Of a stretch of DNA of 64,000 nucleotides, positions 1 to 12,564 are shown piece by piece. The position numbers were made by a program, and so were the translations under genes. The stretch's first letter is position 1. Each line of letters opens with the position of its first letter. Source of the DNA: Peribolospora baueri (lineage: Eukaryota); NCBI GenBank assembly GCA_029717555.1, contig JAMDHS010000062.1:1-64000 (forward strand), written 5' to 3'. The notes beneath the pieces are model-generated. The model was not told the origin of the DNA. It saw nothing but the letters and a program-made list of their open reading frames with translations, and made no database searches.

Positions 1-4
1 TTCC

Positions 5-275
5 CAGGTACCATCAAACCTCAAGATTCGTCAAGCCATCGACCTCGGCCTTCTTTTTTCTCTCCCTTCTCTCCCCTTCTTTTTCTCTCACAGGTACCAC
101 CGAATCTCAATACCAATCAGGCCATCGACCGTTTTTCTCTCTCCTTCTCTCCCCTTCTTTTTTCTCACAGGTAATGGTCTCAAGACCCATCAAGCCAATC
201 AGGCTATCGACGTTTTTTCTCCCCCCTTCTCTCCCCTTCTTTTTTTTCTCACAGCTACCATCAAACCTCAAGACC
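5..275. repeat. Degenerate tandem repeat, ~77-86 bp unit, three full copies plus the start of a fourth
   Basis: Units start at about 5, 91, 168 and 252 with cag(g/c)ta. Each carries ctcaa(g/t)a, gc(c/t)atcgac and a long pyrimidine tract ccttctctccccttctttt ending in cacag. Confidence 0.85.
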
Positions 276-276
276 T

Positions 277-515
277 CTGCACTGTTGCATGATCACTAAC
301 AGTGTAGGTGGACGAGGGCTTGATGTCCCTGTGAGGAGGTTTTTGTAGACTACAGGTATCATACAACGCCATGTTCCTCAACGATGACCTTCTCCCCCGT
401 TCCACTAATCCCGCCCACGAGACGTCGAGGAATCGTCTACCCTGCACTGTTGCCAGCAGTGTAGGGTGGGTACCTGTGGACTTTTTCTGTGGACTTTTTT
501 TCGTAGACTACAGGG
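277..515. repeat. Second degenerate direct repeat, two copies (~277-357 and ~442-515)
   Basis: ctgcactgttgc...cagtgtagg...cctgtg...tttt(c)gtagactacagg occurs twice. Confidence 0.7.
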
Positions 516-727
516 ACCATCTAAATCTCGACATATCCGCCCATCAAGCCATTGACCGGCATCGCACAGCATCGCCTTCAAGTTGGTCCAGAGGAACATG
601 GCCTGATCGAGCTCTTCAAGGCGGTCGTGTAAGCACATGTTCCTTTGGAATCGCAGCTGGCAGCTTCAGCTTCACGGGATTCATGTTCGGCATGTGTTGC
701 CTCGGCTATACCCAGAAGCCTCCAAAC

Positions 728-905
728 GGTGCAACCGTCTTCACGTCTCCAATCTCGAACCCGTGGCGCCCGACAAAATCCCTGGCCGTGTGCAAGATCC
801 ACCTCGTCCAATTGAGGTAGAAGACCAATTCGAGTGGGAAGTCGAATCGGTCCTTGACTCTCGCGCCTACCGACGGGAACTGGAGTACCTTGTACAGTGG
901 ACGGT
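728..905 (+). mobile_element. Ty3/gypsy chromovirus integrase C-terminus/chromodomain fragment (degenerate)
   Basis: Translation HVSNLEP...PPRPIEVEDQFEWEVESVLDSRAYRRELEYLVQW matches the HVSxLxP plus chromodomain start typical of fungal chromoviruses. It is truncated on both sides. Confidence 0.85.
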
Positions 906-1353
906 CTTCACCACGCACGCCCCTCTTTTCTTGTTCTAATCGACCAGTGGAATTTTCATCGAGGTCGAATACTACTTCTTCGCGGTCGTCTCACTCGGGC
1001 ACCGCTCTCTCTTCCGTTGGAAAAGGCGGCCTCCTCCTGTTCTGCTGCTGCGTGGCTGTTCTAGTGGGAGCTTTTCTGAGAGGAACGGTCGTGAATGAGC
1101 ATCACAAATCGTAAAGGATTCATTCGTGAGAGGTCGACGACCGAGGCAGAAACAGTACGCGTACAGTAAGAGTACAGACAGGCAGGAACGCACGCGACGC
1201 AACGCCCGGAGAGTAGGAAACCAATCAACTATGTATACGTGAAAGAAAAGGCTGCAGCCAACCAGCTTCCCCCAGTCAAACCAACTCCACGGCGGTATTT
1301 TCTTCCGCGTCGCCCGGCCCATGTGGCGCGCTGGTGACAGCCATCCAGGCGGG

Positions 1354-4300
1354 CTATCCGTTTCGATGTCCGTCATCCGACCGTATGCCATCGGCGGAGA
1401 CGACGGACCACTCATCCGAAGTCTGTGTCGGGCTATTCGGGCTGCCAATCTCGCTCGACCTAGCGCTCCTCCGCCGCGCGTCGCGACTGGACGAGCGGAG
1501 AGGGAGAGGGCCTTTGGCGTTCCGCAAGAGGGGCTGGAGCGAGAAACGCGACCGACCGGCGGACGACGAGGGTGGGGTCAAAGGACGCTCGTCGCCCTTC
1601 TCCGGGGTCGAAAGGTCGTTTGCGGGCGTGGAAGAAGTGTCTTCGGCTTTCGGCGCTTGCGGTTTGATGAGTGTGCGCGCGTACTCGAGATCCCTATAGA
1701 TGCACTCGATCGCCCTCGCCACCCCGTCCTCCTACGACCGAAAAGAGGTTGTCAGAAAAAGTCCGGGTAAATAAGTGAAATGCGACTCGAGGACGCAGCT
1801 CAGACGTAAAGAAGCGAGATTGATTATTCACCGCTCGGATCTTCTCGCCGATCAGCTTGGCTTTGTCGATCTGCTTGGCGTCCTGCGTCGCCGTCCTGAG
1901 CGCGCTCGCCAGGTTCTCCACGGTGAGCTTCCTCACACACGAGCCCACGCCCAGGCTCTCCACCTGGTTGGCCCAATGGAACTGGTCTCCAAAGTACGGC
2001 TTGATGATCGTCGGAATGCCCGCGCGCAAGCTCGCCCCCGTCGTCCCGGCCCCGCCGTGATGACAGGCGGCGTCGATCCTGGGGAACAGCCAGTCGTGAG
2101 GGACCGACTTGATCGGGTGGATCTCAGGCGGGAATATCGCCGCTTCCTCCGCCTCTTCGTGAGTGTGCTGTGGTTTTTTCTCCTCCCCGTCCACCTTTTT
2201 AGTCGACAGCCGGTCCGACCAACCTTTGGAGAGGATGGCATATACGCCGCTCTCCTTTACCGCCTCGACGACGCACTTGGTCATCGCGTCCGGATTGGAA
2301 ACAACTATGGAGCCGAAGCCGATGTAGACGATCTTGCGGTCATTGACACGAGCGGTGTCGATGAACTTGACGAGGTCCGCCGGCGGCTCCCAGTCGGCGG
2401 TGGCCGACTTTTCGGGGTTGTCCAAGAACCAGTAGCCGGTCACCCGGATCCATTCAGGCCAGTCTAGCGGTGGCGGTACGACATGAGCACTGAAATTGTA
2501 GAGGAACGGGACCTTGTGCTGTTCCATCTTGTCCAGATTCGTCGGCGGCAAGCCGAGGACCTCGCGTCGCCATCTGTTCACCTGGGTCGCGGTGGCGCGC
2601 CAGAACACTTGGTCGAACACGACATAGGTCTGCGTCCGTCAAAGGAGAGCGACCCGACGACAGACGAAAGTTACGTCAGCGTGTCTGAAGGGAATATGTA
2701 TGGAAGAGAAGGGGGGAGCGCACGCACCATATAGTTATAGCCTCCTCCCATCTTGTGTTCTGGCACGGCAAAGGCGTGGGGATAGGCACGCGTACGCGTC
2801 CAGGGCATGGTGAACGCGCGAAAATAGGGAATCCGGAGGGCCTCGGCGATATGGATGCCCGCCATCGCGCTCGGGCTCTCGATGAGCAGGTCGGTGCCTT
2901 TACACGCCTCGTAGCTCGTCCGGAGGAGATCATCGATCCAGCCACGGAACTGGAAGAAGAGGAAAACGCGAAAAGGGGTGAAAGGTGATATGTGTGTGTG
3001 TGTGAACCAAGGACCTCGTGAGCGTGAGCCGTTCGTTGAGAGACCTATCTATCTACCTTGGTGACGCCTTCACGAAGGAAGGACATGGTGAACGTCCCGT
3101 TCTCGACGCAGATCCTCATCAGCTCTGCAGGGTCACCGCCGACGTAGGCGAACTCGATGCCGTGTCCCTGGATCCAGTCCTCAAACTCGCCGTGCGTCGC
3201 TATCCGCGTCGTGTGACCCTCGGCTTGCAAGCCTTTGCAGAGCGCGATGTACGGCTGTACGTCGCCTCTGGAGCCGATGGTAAGACAAGTGATGTGCAGT
3301 GATCCTTGCGGTCGGAAGGTGACGAAAGAGCTACTCGTCGATCGGAACATGATCGGCTCATCCGTGACCGTCTCCGGAGGAGGCTGCGGGGCGCGCTCAA
3401 AGAGGTCCTCGAGGTCGCGGAGGAGGATGGCCTCGGATTGGCCCTGGCTGGAGGGCGACATCTGCTCGCCCCTCCGAAGTCGGCTCTGCACGTCGTCCAT
3501 CTGGGCCTGGATCAGTTCCAAGCACCTGTCACGCTTGGACTGGGAAATGAACTCGAGGAAGATCTCCTCGTGTCCGCGGACGACGACGATGAGGGCTTGA
3601 TAACCGAAGCGGAAAGCCTTTTCGCCGGTCACCGAGACGAGATCTCGAATCGGCACGACCATCTGGAGATGAAGCGGACGCGACAAGTGAGCGAGAAGCG
3701 CCACGTCGTGGCGTTTGAAGACAAAAATAAACTCGCCGTGGTCTTTGAAAGCACGCTGGTCGAGCGGAAGCACAGGTAATTGGTGCTGACGTATATACGC
3801 CCCGGGACGGGCAGGACACGATAAAGCGAGCCGGACACGTCTGCAAATGAAGGAAGAGCGTCAGGATGATTATGGGGGGGAGAGGAGAATTCACGGCGCG
3901 CAGTCAACCGAACGTTACGCGTGCGCTCCTCAACTCACGTCCGACAAGCTCCTCCGTGTCGTTCAAAGGGAACAAAGCCTTGAACTTCTGTACCACCTCG
4001 CCATCAGCCTCGCCGTCCTTGTCCTCCGCCTCGGCCTTTTCGAGCAACGAAAAGCTGCTGTGAGCCGAGCTGTCCAGGTCGGCTCCGCCGCCCGCCTTGC
4101 CGCCGCCGTCGACGCCTTTGCCGGGCCGCAAGGACGGGGCGATGCGCCATACTTCGGAGACCTTGCGAATCGAGCTCGTCGGCAATAGGGGGCGGATAGT
4201 GCCGAGGAGGGAGACGGTGCCGAGAGGCGACGAACCGAGGGCGCGTTTTGTGGGCTTTCTGATCCATTGGGGCACGCTAGGGATGGGCCACTTGCTCTCC

Positions 4301-7300
4301 GCGTCGCTTTCGCCCGTACGGTCTTCGTATCCGGCCGGGCTGGGTCCCTTGCCCGGAGACGGCGGGTAGGCGTGCGAGGACGAGGGAGCGGCGACGACGG
4401 GCGTCACCTCGTCGCCGCCTTCGCTGCTCGGTGGATCGAGCGACGCGCGGGACGACGAGGGACGCGCGTCGGCGGCAGTGGTCGCGGCGGGAACGGGTCG
4501 CGACGACGGCACCGGAACGGGGATGGGGTGCGCTCGGCCGGAGACAGTCTGGCTCGCGGCCGTGGACGGAGGCTGGATGGTGAGAGAGGAGGAGGAAGAA
4601 GACGCGGACGCTTGTGGCGGCGGGCGCGCAGCCGCGCCGGCGGGCGGAGAGGAAGGCGCTCCAAGCGACCTCAAGGATGGCGTGACCTGAGCCTTGGACG
4701 GGCTGGAGCTGAAGGCGACGGCCTTGTCGACCGAGTTTCCGGCTGCGCCGCCGCCACCACCGCTGCTGGACGAAGGCCGTGCGGTAGAGGTTCGTCCGAG
4801 CGTCGTATCTTGCACGGCTTCTTTGGCGATCGACGGCGTGGTGGTCCTCTCCTGCTGAAAGCGCGAGACGAGCTCGGAGATCTCGGCAAAGACCTTGGCA
4901 TCATCGTGAAAGTAGAGAAAAAAGTACTCGTCTATGGCGTCTATGGTGACCTTGGACGGCGCCTGAGCCTCGCCGTCGACGACCTTGACGCGGATCATGT
5001 TGGCAAACTCGAGGTTAGAGGCGCGATCGACGTCGACGATGGTCTCGAGCGGGATCGAAATCTTGACGCTCTCCCCTTCGTTCTGGCACCGGAACAGAGT
5101 CTTGCGGAGAGCCTTGATCCATTCGTCTCTGCTGACTTGCGACTGCTCGTCGCAAACGAAAACGGGGACGAGAACGAGCCGATGAGTTCAAACGGCTGGG
5201 ACGAGAGAGATCGTCGAGCGGAGGAGGTGACGAGCGAGCGAGCGAGCGGCTCACGTCGGCGGAAAAGACAAACGTCCGATGGCCGGTCTTGACCTTGAAA
5301 TTTAGGGGATGCCTGGCCGAGGGTTCAACGGCCAATGCGTACTGTAGGTTGATGTGGGATACGGGAAAGTACGGATCCTGTGGCGGTGGAAGAAGAAGGC
5401 AGTGAGTGAGCATGAGCAAGGGGGCCGGGGCCGTCAAAAGCTCGCTCAAAAGCTCACCTTGGAGCTCTCGTACCAACTCAACGCGTTGTTCCGAAGGATC
5501 ATCCAAAATTTCTGGAACCGCTTCGTCCTGTGTGTCTTCTTCGAGAGACCGCCAGATTTGACGACTTGGTCCTGTTAGAAGGGATGAAGGGGCGCAGGCA
5601 CGTCAGCAAAAAATAAAATAAAATAAAATAAAAGCTCGCTTCGTGGCGCGAAACGTACCTCCTTGAAAGGCAAATAGGCATAGAAACAAATGTGGCCGGT
5701 GGTAAGGTAGAGATATCTGTAGGGGAAGCGAGGCGAGGCAAGTAAGCGACGGAGAATTTCGACGGCCCCTCCGAGCCAAGCAAGCCGAGCCAAGCGCTTG
5801 TGATCTACTCACCCCTGAAGGAGGACAGAGCGAAACAGCCAGCAGGGGTGCTCTGGGTGAAGTGGGACGCCGAGGGGAGGCGCGAGACGCAGGCGACGAC
5901 AGGCCGTCAGCACGCGCGCGAGACGGGACGGACGGACGGGACAGGACAGGACGGGGGACGGTGACGACGAAACGCACCTGCGACGACTTGTTCGACCCTA
6001 TCGAGCTCAAAGACCTCTCGCAATTTGGCCGCCAAGCGCGCCCTCCTCCTTCTCCGAATGCTGGTCAGGCTTGCGCTCGTCGACGTGCGCACGGGCGGGG
6101 GCCGGGGTGGGGGCGGCGCCGGCACATGCACAGAACCCGGCGTCCTGCGGCGCTCGGCTGGCGACTCGTCGTCGGCCCTCCCATGGGGCGACGAACGAGC
6201 GCTCCAAGCCGCCCGGGGGGACGCAGGATCGACGGGGCTCAGCGACGTCGGTGACGTGGTGACGGTCGCGCTTTCGATCGGCGCGAGCTGGTCTTCCGCG
6301 GCGTCTCCACGTGCTACCGGCGGCGAGAATCCGAGTCCATCATCGGTGCCGCTCGACTCGTCATCGTCGTCCTCGTCGGTACGCGCGACGCTCGACTCGG
6401 CACCGGAGGAGGCCGGTCCAGGGCCGTGGGTTGGGCGTGAGAAGGATGCGGAAGCGTGTGGTGGCCTGCGGGACCGCTCGTCGTCCGAGGACATGGGAGC
6501 GTCGCTCAAGACGGGGAGCCGAGAGGTGCTGCGTCGGCGCAGCTCGACTGGCCGGTGGATGGCGTGGATTGAGGAGGACAAGGGTGGCAAGCGCGGCCGT
6601 CTGCCTGCCGGTCGGTCGTGAGCTGGGTGGAGGGCGAGGGTTTGGTGAGAGACGATCAGCGATGACCGAGAGGACAGAACACCAACACGACTCACCTTGG
6701 GCTTGTGCCCGAGAGGCCGACTCGCCCTCGTCGCCTTCCTCTTCCTCTTCGTCTTCCTCCTCCTCGCGACCATCTGTCTGATCGGCCATATCGTCGTCAA
6801 AGTACTTGCTACCCATCGCGTTGAGCATCTGAACGAGCGTCTGCGTGCCGAGCCGCATGCTTCCGGCATTCCGAAGCGTCTCCCCGTCGATCTGGTTCTG
6901 GTCTGGTGTGGCGGTGGCGGCGGCGGCGGCGACGGTCGCTTGGGGGAGCACGGTGGTCGGCCCAGGCCCAGGTTGTGACGACGGGAGGGCGCCTGGAGAC
7001 GTTGGGAAGAAGGGAGACGGGGGCAAAGAGACGAACGAACGAGGGCGTGTGAGGCGCAGGCGCCAGCATCGGGCTCGCGAACGAGGACAGAGAACGCAAA
7101 GGGAATAGGGGAGCTAGCTGCTCACCGTGACGGTGAACGTGAACGTGACCGTGAGCAGTCTCGGTCTCAGCGAGCCGTTCGGACTCCTCCGATCCGGCCT
7201 CGCCGCCGCGTCGACGGTGTCCGTCGTAAGTGTCCTCCCCCTCGGCCTTGCGCTCGCGCTCGCGCTCCTTCCCGCTCGCGCGGTCGGGGCCTGCAAGCAG

Positions 7301-7405
7301 GGGCGACGCCTGACCGCTCACGACGGCGTCGCTTCCCTCGGGGGAGCTGAGGAAGGGGTCGGAGAGCATTTCGGTCGACGACGAGCGAGGTCGGTTGTCG
7401 GACAT
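1354..7405 (-). CDS. ATG26: Sterol 3-beta-glucosyltransferase (GRAM-PH-GRAM-GT1), multi-exon
   Basis: Exons encode GRAM ([30 protein letters not shown]), PH ([32 protein letters not shown]), a second GRAM ([17 protein letters not shown]) and GT motifs [49 protein letters not shown]. The end is [12 protein letters not shown]...stop at 1354. The start ATG at 7405 is inferred. Confidence 0.93.
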
Positions 7406-9304
7406 GGCTTCTTGTGGACGGAATGGGAAAGAAAGGGGGCCGGTCGGGTCTAAATCTAAGATGAGGATGAGGATGAGGTCAGGGTGGGTGGGTGTCGGTG
7501 GGAGGGAAGTGAGTGCGGACGGCAGCGCGAAGGGAAGGAGGGGAAACGGGGGGGTGGTGGTGACAGTGGTGACGACGGTGGGGGGTCACTCGTCCTCGGC
7601 GTCCATGGTTCCCAGCGAGCGGGTGCCGAGGTGGTAGTGGCAGTGGTGGTGGCGGTGGTGGTGGTGGTGGTGGTGATGATGGTGGATGTCGTGCTCTATC
7701 GTGATCTCGCGCTCGCACGGTCCTCGTAGATAAGGCCGCAGGGGTGCGTGGACGTGACCGTGACCGTGAACTGTGGACGGCGTCAGTTGACCCTGAGCTG
7801 ATCGCTCTCGACTCGCGGAAGCAAGAGGGAGTGATATGATATGATGATGATGATGGCTAAATAAAATAAAATAAATGGCCTGCGTGCGCGCGTCGACCGA
7901 TCGCGGTGCGGATAAGGAGCTGACACAGGTAAACGCGATCGGGGGCGATGAATTATTTATTTATAACTAACTGGAACTGGTCAACGAGCGAGCTGGGAGA
8001 GCGGTTCGACTCGCTCGTAGAAGACGCCACGCTCCTCACCATCACCACCGGCGCCTACAGTCGCATTTTGGACGCTGGAGCCAGGCGGCGGCGGCGAATA
8101 CACCCGAAAGCGGGATGAATGAGCGGAGATGGGCGATATGATATCTCTCCAGCATTTCAGATCGTCGGAACAGTGGAGCTGCCCACTGATTCTGCGCAAC
8201 CGAGTTGGTTCTCCGGGCACCAGACTTTGGACTATTGATTCCTTATTCATCTTGCAATAGCTGTCCGTGGTCGGAGAAGGGCATGAAGGGAACAAGGTGC
8301 TCGTGATCACCGTGGCTGCCCCAACCTGATAAGGAGAGAGAGACCACATGGACGCTCAACCTGAGTTCTACAGTCTCCAAATATCTTTATCCTTCGCTTC
8401 CTCCGTTTCTGTCCCTTCGGCGCCCGGAGCCCGCTCTGTACCCAGCAGACTGCCGAAAAGAAAACCTTCCTTCGACCTTCTCCACTTTGTATTTTGAATT
8501 CATATTCATTTCTTGGAACAGTGATCTGTCGAATGCAAACGAGGAGTACCTTTGAGCAATTAGAGGTGATCGAAGCATTCAATCTGTTATGTGCCGGTAG
8601 GGCTTATGAGTGGAGCATGTCCATGATGACGCATAGGACGTTGCCTGGGTTCACTGAGACGAACACGAACGTCATCCCGGCTGGAGCGAGCTCGTAAGCC
8701 GTTTCAGGATGCCGTGTCGCGGGAGCGCCGGAGGTATGCTTGCTTCCCGTTTCCCCCTCGCGTGCTTCGGTTGCTCACATCCTTCCTTGCCTGTTGTGTG
8801 CTTTCATCCATCCCTCCTCCTCGTCCGGCATCCACCCAAGGTCCGCTGGCACTCTCTGGGCCGCTGCTTCTATCAGTGCTTCTCTCCGTGGAGATGTCTC
8901 CGAAAAGCCAGCCTGGAGCTTCCATGTCTCAAAAAGTAGGCGTCGCGTACCCCTAGTCAGTGGGGACGTTTTCCTTGCCGTCATTTGGCTCGTCTGCTCT
9001 CCTCTCCCGAATACCTTCACGTTCGCACTCATGGGCGTCTACCAAAGGGCCACTCGGCAGGAGGAGGAGGAAGACATCATGCCGCGCCTTTAACCTCATC
9101 CGTCGCAGGTTCTTAACTCACCTTGGAAGGCGGTTGCTTCATACCAGGAAACAGAAACGCAAGCGATGAGTAACCCGTTTGGACTCGGGAAGATTCCTTG
9201 CCTTTTGTGGCTGCTCACCAGATCAGTTCTTCAGAAAGGCCACCGTCGTCGCCCCTGTTGATGTTCGTTTGACAAGCGGGGTGATCGGGGGGGATTTGTG
9301 ACAG

Positions 9305-10342
9305 GCATGTCACACACGACGTCAGTTTGTGCCGTGAAGGACAAGGACAAGGGCAGCACTCACCTCAATGAAATGTCGACGGCGAAGAAGGATATCTTTC
9401 CGGTGCTAGTATGGACTACGAGGTCCCCAACCTAGAGACAAGAAGCGAAAGACGCGTTTGTGATTTCACACAACTTCGTCATAGATTGTGGCCATACCGT
9501 GGAAATTGGGCCCGATTGCGCTCCAGACCCCTATGTACTACCATTGCGCCCACGCTACCTCTTGAGGAATACCATCACGATTTTTACTCACAAGCTATAG
9601 TCAAATCACATCTGGTAGCAGGGCTTACCTCATTTGATCAAACCGCTCATTGCAAGTCGAGGCTGGCGTAGTTGCGAGGTGACGTTCAAGTTGCAGTGAG
9701 CGGTTTGATCAAATGAGGTAAGCCCTGCTACCAGATGTGATTTGACTATAGGGGGGACTTGGAGAAACGTACGATGCTCGCGGAGGGGATCGGCAAAGCG
9801 ATTGGCGCTTTGATCCAACACGCCCCTGGCGGGCTTGACGATGGCTACGACTGCGTGTCGTACATCACAAAGGTTTGCAACGACGTCGCTCGTGCTCAAC
9901 GCGACCTAGCTTCTGGACAAGCTCTGCGAACAGATTTCCTTGCTCGAGCAGGTATCGAAATGCATACACCACGGCGACCTCACGACAAGCAACTTCTTGG
10001 TCGACGAGACGTGCGGCAAGCTGACCGGCATCGTGGACTGGGGAGGCACTGTATTAGCCCCCTGTGGACTGGACATGACCGTCCTGTTTCATCTTTTCGA
10101 CAAGGACTGGAGTCCCAGCGGCCTCTCCGCCGGGGATGAGGCCGTCTAGAAAGCATTCTGGTGCGCCTTCCTCTCCAAAGCGCCCGGCATGCAAGGCCAG
10201 ATCCGCTCTCTCGCCCTCTACAGGCAGTTCAAAGGCGTGAGTACGTTTGCGTACGAAGTCATGAGAGACAATGCCTACTGCCTTGGTCGGATGAATGCCA
10301 TCCTTTCTTGGGTCCCTTTCCCTTTGCGGGCGGCGATATGAT
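9305..10342 (+). pseudogene. APH/choline-kinase-like phosphotransferase pseudogene
   Basis: Brenner-type motif HHGDLTTSNFLVD...LTGIVDW at ~9968-10041. There is a frameshift near 9935, an in-frame TAG at 10147-10149 followed by continuing protein-like sequence (KAFWCAFLS), and a foldback insertion at 9595-9751. Outer boundaries are approximate. Confidence 0.7.
9595..9751. mobile_element. Foldback/MITE-like element: 61-bp terminal inverted repeats with a 35-bp spacer
   Basis: 9595-9655 ctatagtcaaatcacatctggtagcagggcttacctcatttgatcaaaccgctcattgcaa is the reverse complement of 9691-9751 with one mismatch. TA dinucleotides at both ends are compatible with a Tc1/mariner-type target duplication. 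Confidence 0.85.
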
Positions 10343-12382
10343 CTGGCGCGACAATGCCGCGGTGGGGGTGGGGTCCTGAAAGTAAGGCGAACCTGGCAGG
10401 GTTGGCTTCCGATGGGTACCCGATTCGGTGAGAGTCTAACGAACGCAGAATAATCAGGAAATGCCCTCAAAACGAGTCTTCATAGCCACGTATTCCACCA
10501 CTCCAGCTTCGAGACCTGTATCTTACTCTACCAACGTGAATGAGAAATTCGCGAGACTGAATTTGTAAAAAGACAGTAGAGTAGAGGCGGGTTGGGACGA
10601 ATTTCGAAGAGCTCAATCGCCTGTTCGGGCAAATAAGAACGGCTGTGTTGCCTACCTATCGCATCCGACGTTTCTCTTGTCCCTTATTTTGCAGTCAACG
10701 GGTTAGCTCGCTCCGCACGCTGCTCCGCTCCTATCTGTTATACAGCAACAAGCACCGGCCAAGTCAATACGGACGTCCAGCGGCAGATAGGTCAAAAAGT
10801 GTCGAGCACTCCTCGAATCTGAGGCTCCGGCATGATGAGCCTTTCGGCATTTGGCACCTCCTTCTCAACACGGCCACTCCTTCTCGACACGGTCACTTGC
10901 TCGTAGTTCAGCCACCGCCACTCCTTTAGTATATCCAATCTTGCTCTGCTCCCACGAAGATATATAAAGTGGCTCGCATTCCCCCCAGCTATAGTTAGAT
11001 TCCCTGATTCGTGAAATCCTCCCTCCTTTCCGTTCCTCTCTCCTTCCTTCCCTAACCCCGTTCTCAACCTTGATCTTGACTCTTTGCTTCGTTTCTCACC
11101 TCGACCTCAACCTCGCTCTGGCTGACTCCCAGCCCAGCCTTTCTTGCCACACGTTAACTCGCCCATACCTTGCCCTGCAACCTCGATCACGTTATGAACC
11201 CGGTTACAAACCCGGTTACACTACCAAGTGTGTGAACCGTGTCTCTTCTTTTTTTGCCCATTTTTTTCTTTTTCGCTCCGGGCCTTCATGCGGGAGCGAG
11301 CCCATGCATGCAAACAGCTCTGCGAAGGCGAGGCGAGCTCATTACCGTTATTTGGATTGTCCCCGCGTATGGCCCCGCCTTGAAGAGAAAGGTGGCACCG
11401 CTTGAGCCGTGCCTACCTCCTTTTGGCGGGAGGCAAGATATACTCACTGGTGAAGGAAAGGAGTATGCGCGGCGGACATTCCGCGAATCTGGAAAGCGGA
11501 CACGCTGAAGGACCGGCGGCAATGACGAATATACGGCACAGGCATGTGCGAGCACCGGGCTGCCAAGGGTTATACGGCATACGCAAGGGCTCACTCTTGG
11601 AGTGTACGGCGTACTCATCAATGACATCTGGGTTGGAGGATCTCGGCCCTCATCGCACGGATGCCGTCACGCGAGACGAGACGGAAAGGGTCGGTGATGG
11701 CTACATGCTCTGAGAAGAGAGGGAGAGACGAAACAGCTCGGACCTGTTAGTTACATTTGGAAAGCTGGAAGCTGGGCTGGGGTCAGCTAATGGCCGTTCG
11801 TAGCCTGCTGCGAGCTGCGAACAACGACGGCGAGTGGAGCAGCCGTCCGGAAAATTTCTCCAAAGCATCCGGATAAAACTAACTCACATGGGATAGGATA
11901 GATAGATCTGCAGCCGTCAATGAATCCCATCTTTCCTCTTTTTTTTTTTTTTTTTCACACTCGCCGCTCCACTCTTTTTCCTTGGTTGGGCGTGGGCAGT
12001 GCCGTAGCTCGCTTGTCGTATTGGTCCTTCTTAAAGTGCGAATTGTTACAAGTCCGAATTGAATGGTTGTTTTTCGAGTTGCCCTGCTGTCCGTCCGTCC
12101 TGCCGGCCAGGGTGCGATACGATAGATGCGGAGCCAGCCGAACGGGTGAGCCTATGCACAAGTCGATGCGGCGCGCGGGTAGATAGACAAGACAAGACGT
12201 AAGTAAACGCGATGGGGGGGGCGATGAATGATTGATTGAACGACGATCCAGTCCGTTTCCCATTGCTCCGTAAGTCACGACGACAAAAATACACCTCTCA
12301 TCATTCGTCCGTCCGTCCGTCGTCGATATGGACGCGCCAAGACGAAGAAAAAGAGGAAAAAACAAACAAACAAACAAATGAT

Positions 12383-12434
12383 TCCGAGTCCGAGTCCGAG
12401 TCCGAGTCCGTATCCGTGTCCGTGTCCGTGTCCG
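12383..12434. repeat. Hexanucleotide microsatellite (GAGTCC)n grading into (GTGTCC)n in the GAS1 3' region
   Basis: Directly visible: tccgagtccgagtccgagtccgagtccgtatccgtgtccgtgtccgtgtccg. Confidence 0.9.
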
Positions 12435-12564
12435 TCATGTCGGTCGACCAGAGAGAAGACAAAAAAACAAAAGGTAGACGGTATAGGAGGGAGGGCAGAA
12501 GGAAAAAGAAGCACAAAGACGGGAGTAGTCGACGGACGCTCCGCGGCGAAGAAACGGAGGGACG

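Noticed and set aside
5..515. Repeat-spacer-like look suggesting a CRISPR array
   Set aside because: Eukaryotic context, degenerate low-complexity repeats, related rather than unique spacers, and no cas genes.
7981..9300. Several 60-120 aa ORFs upstream of ATG26
   Set aside because: No recognisable domain, codon bias or consistent splice pattern; possibly decayed sequence.
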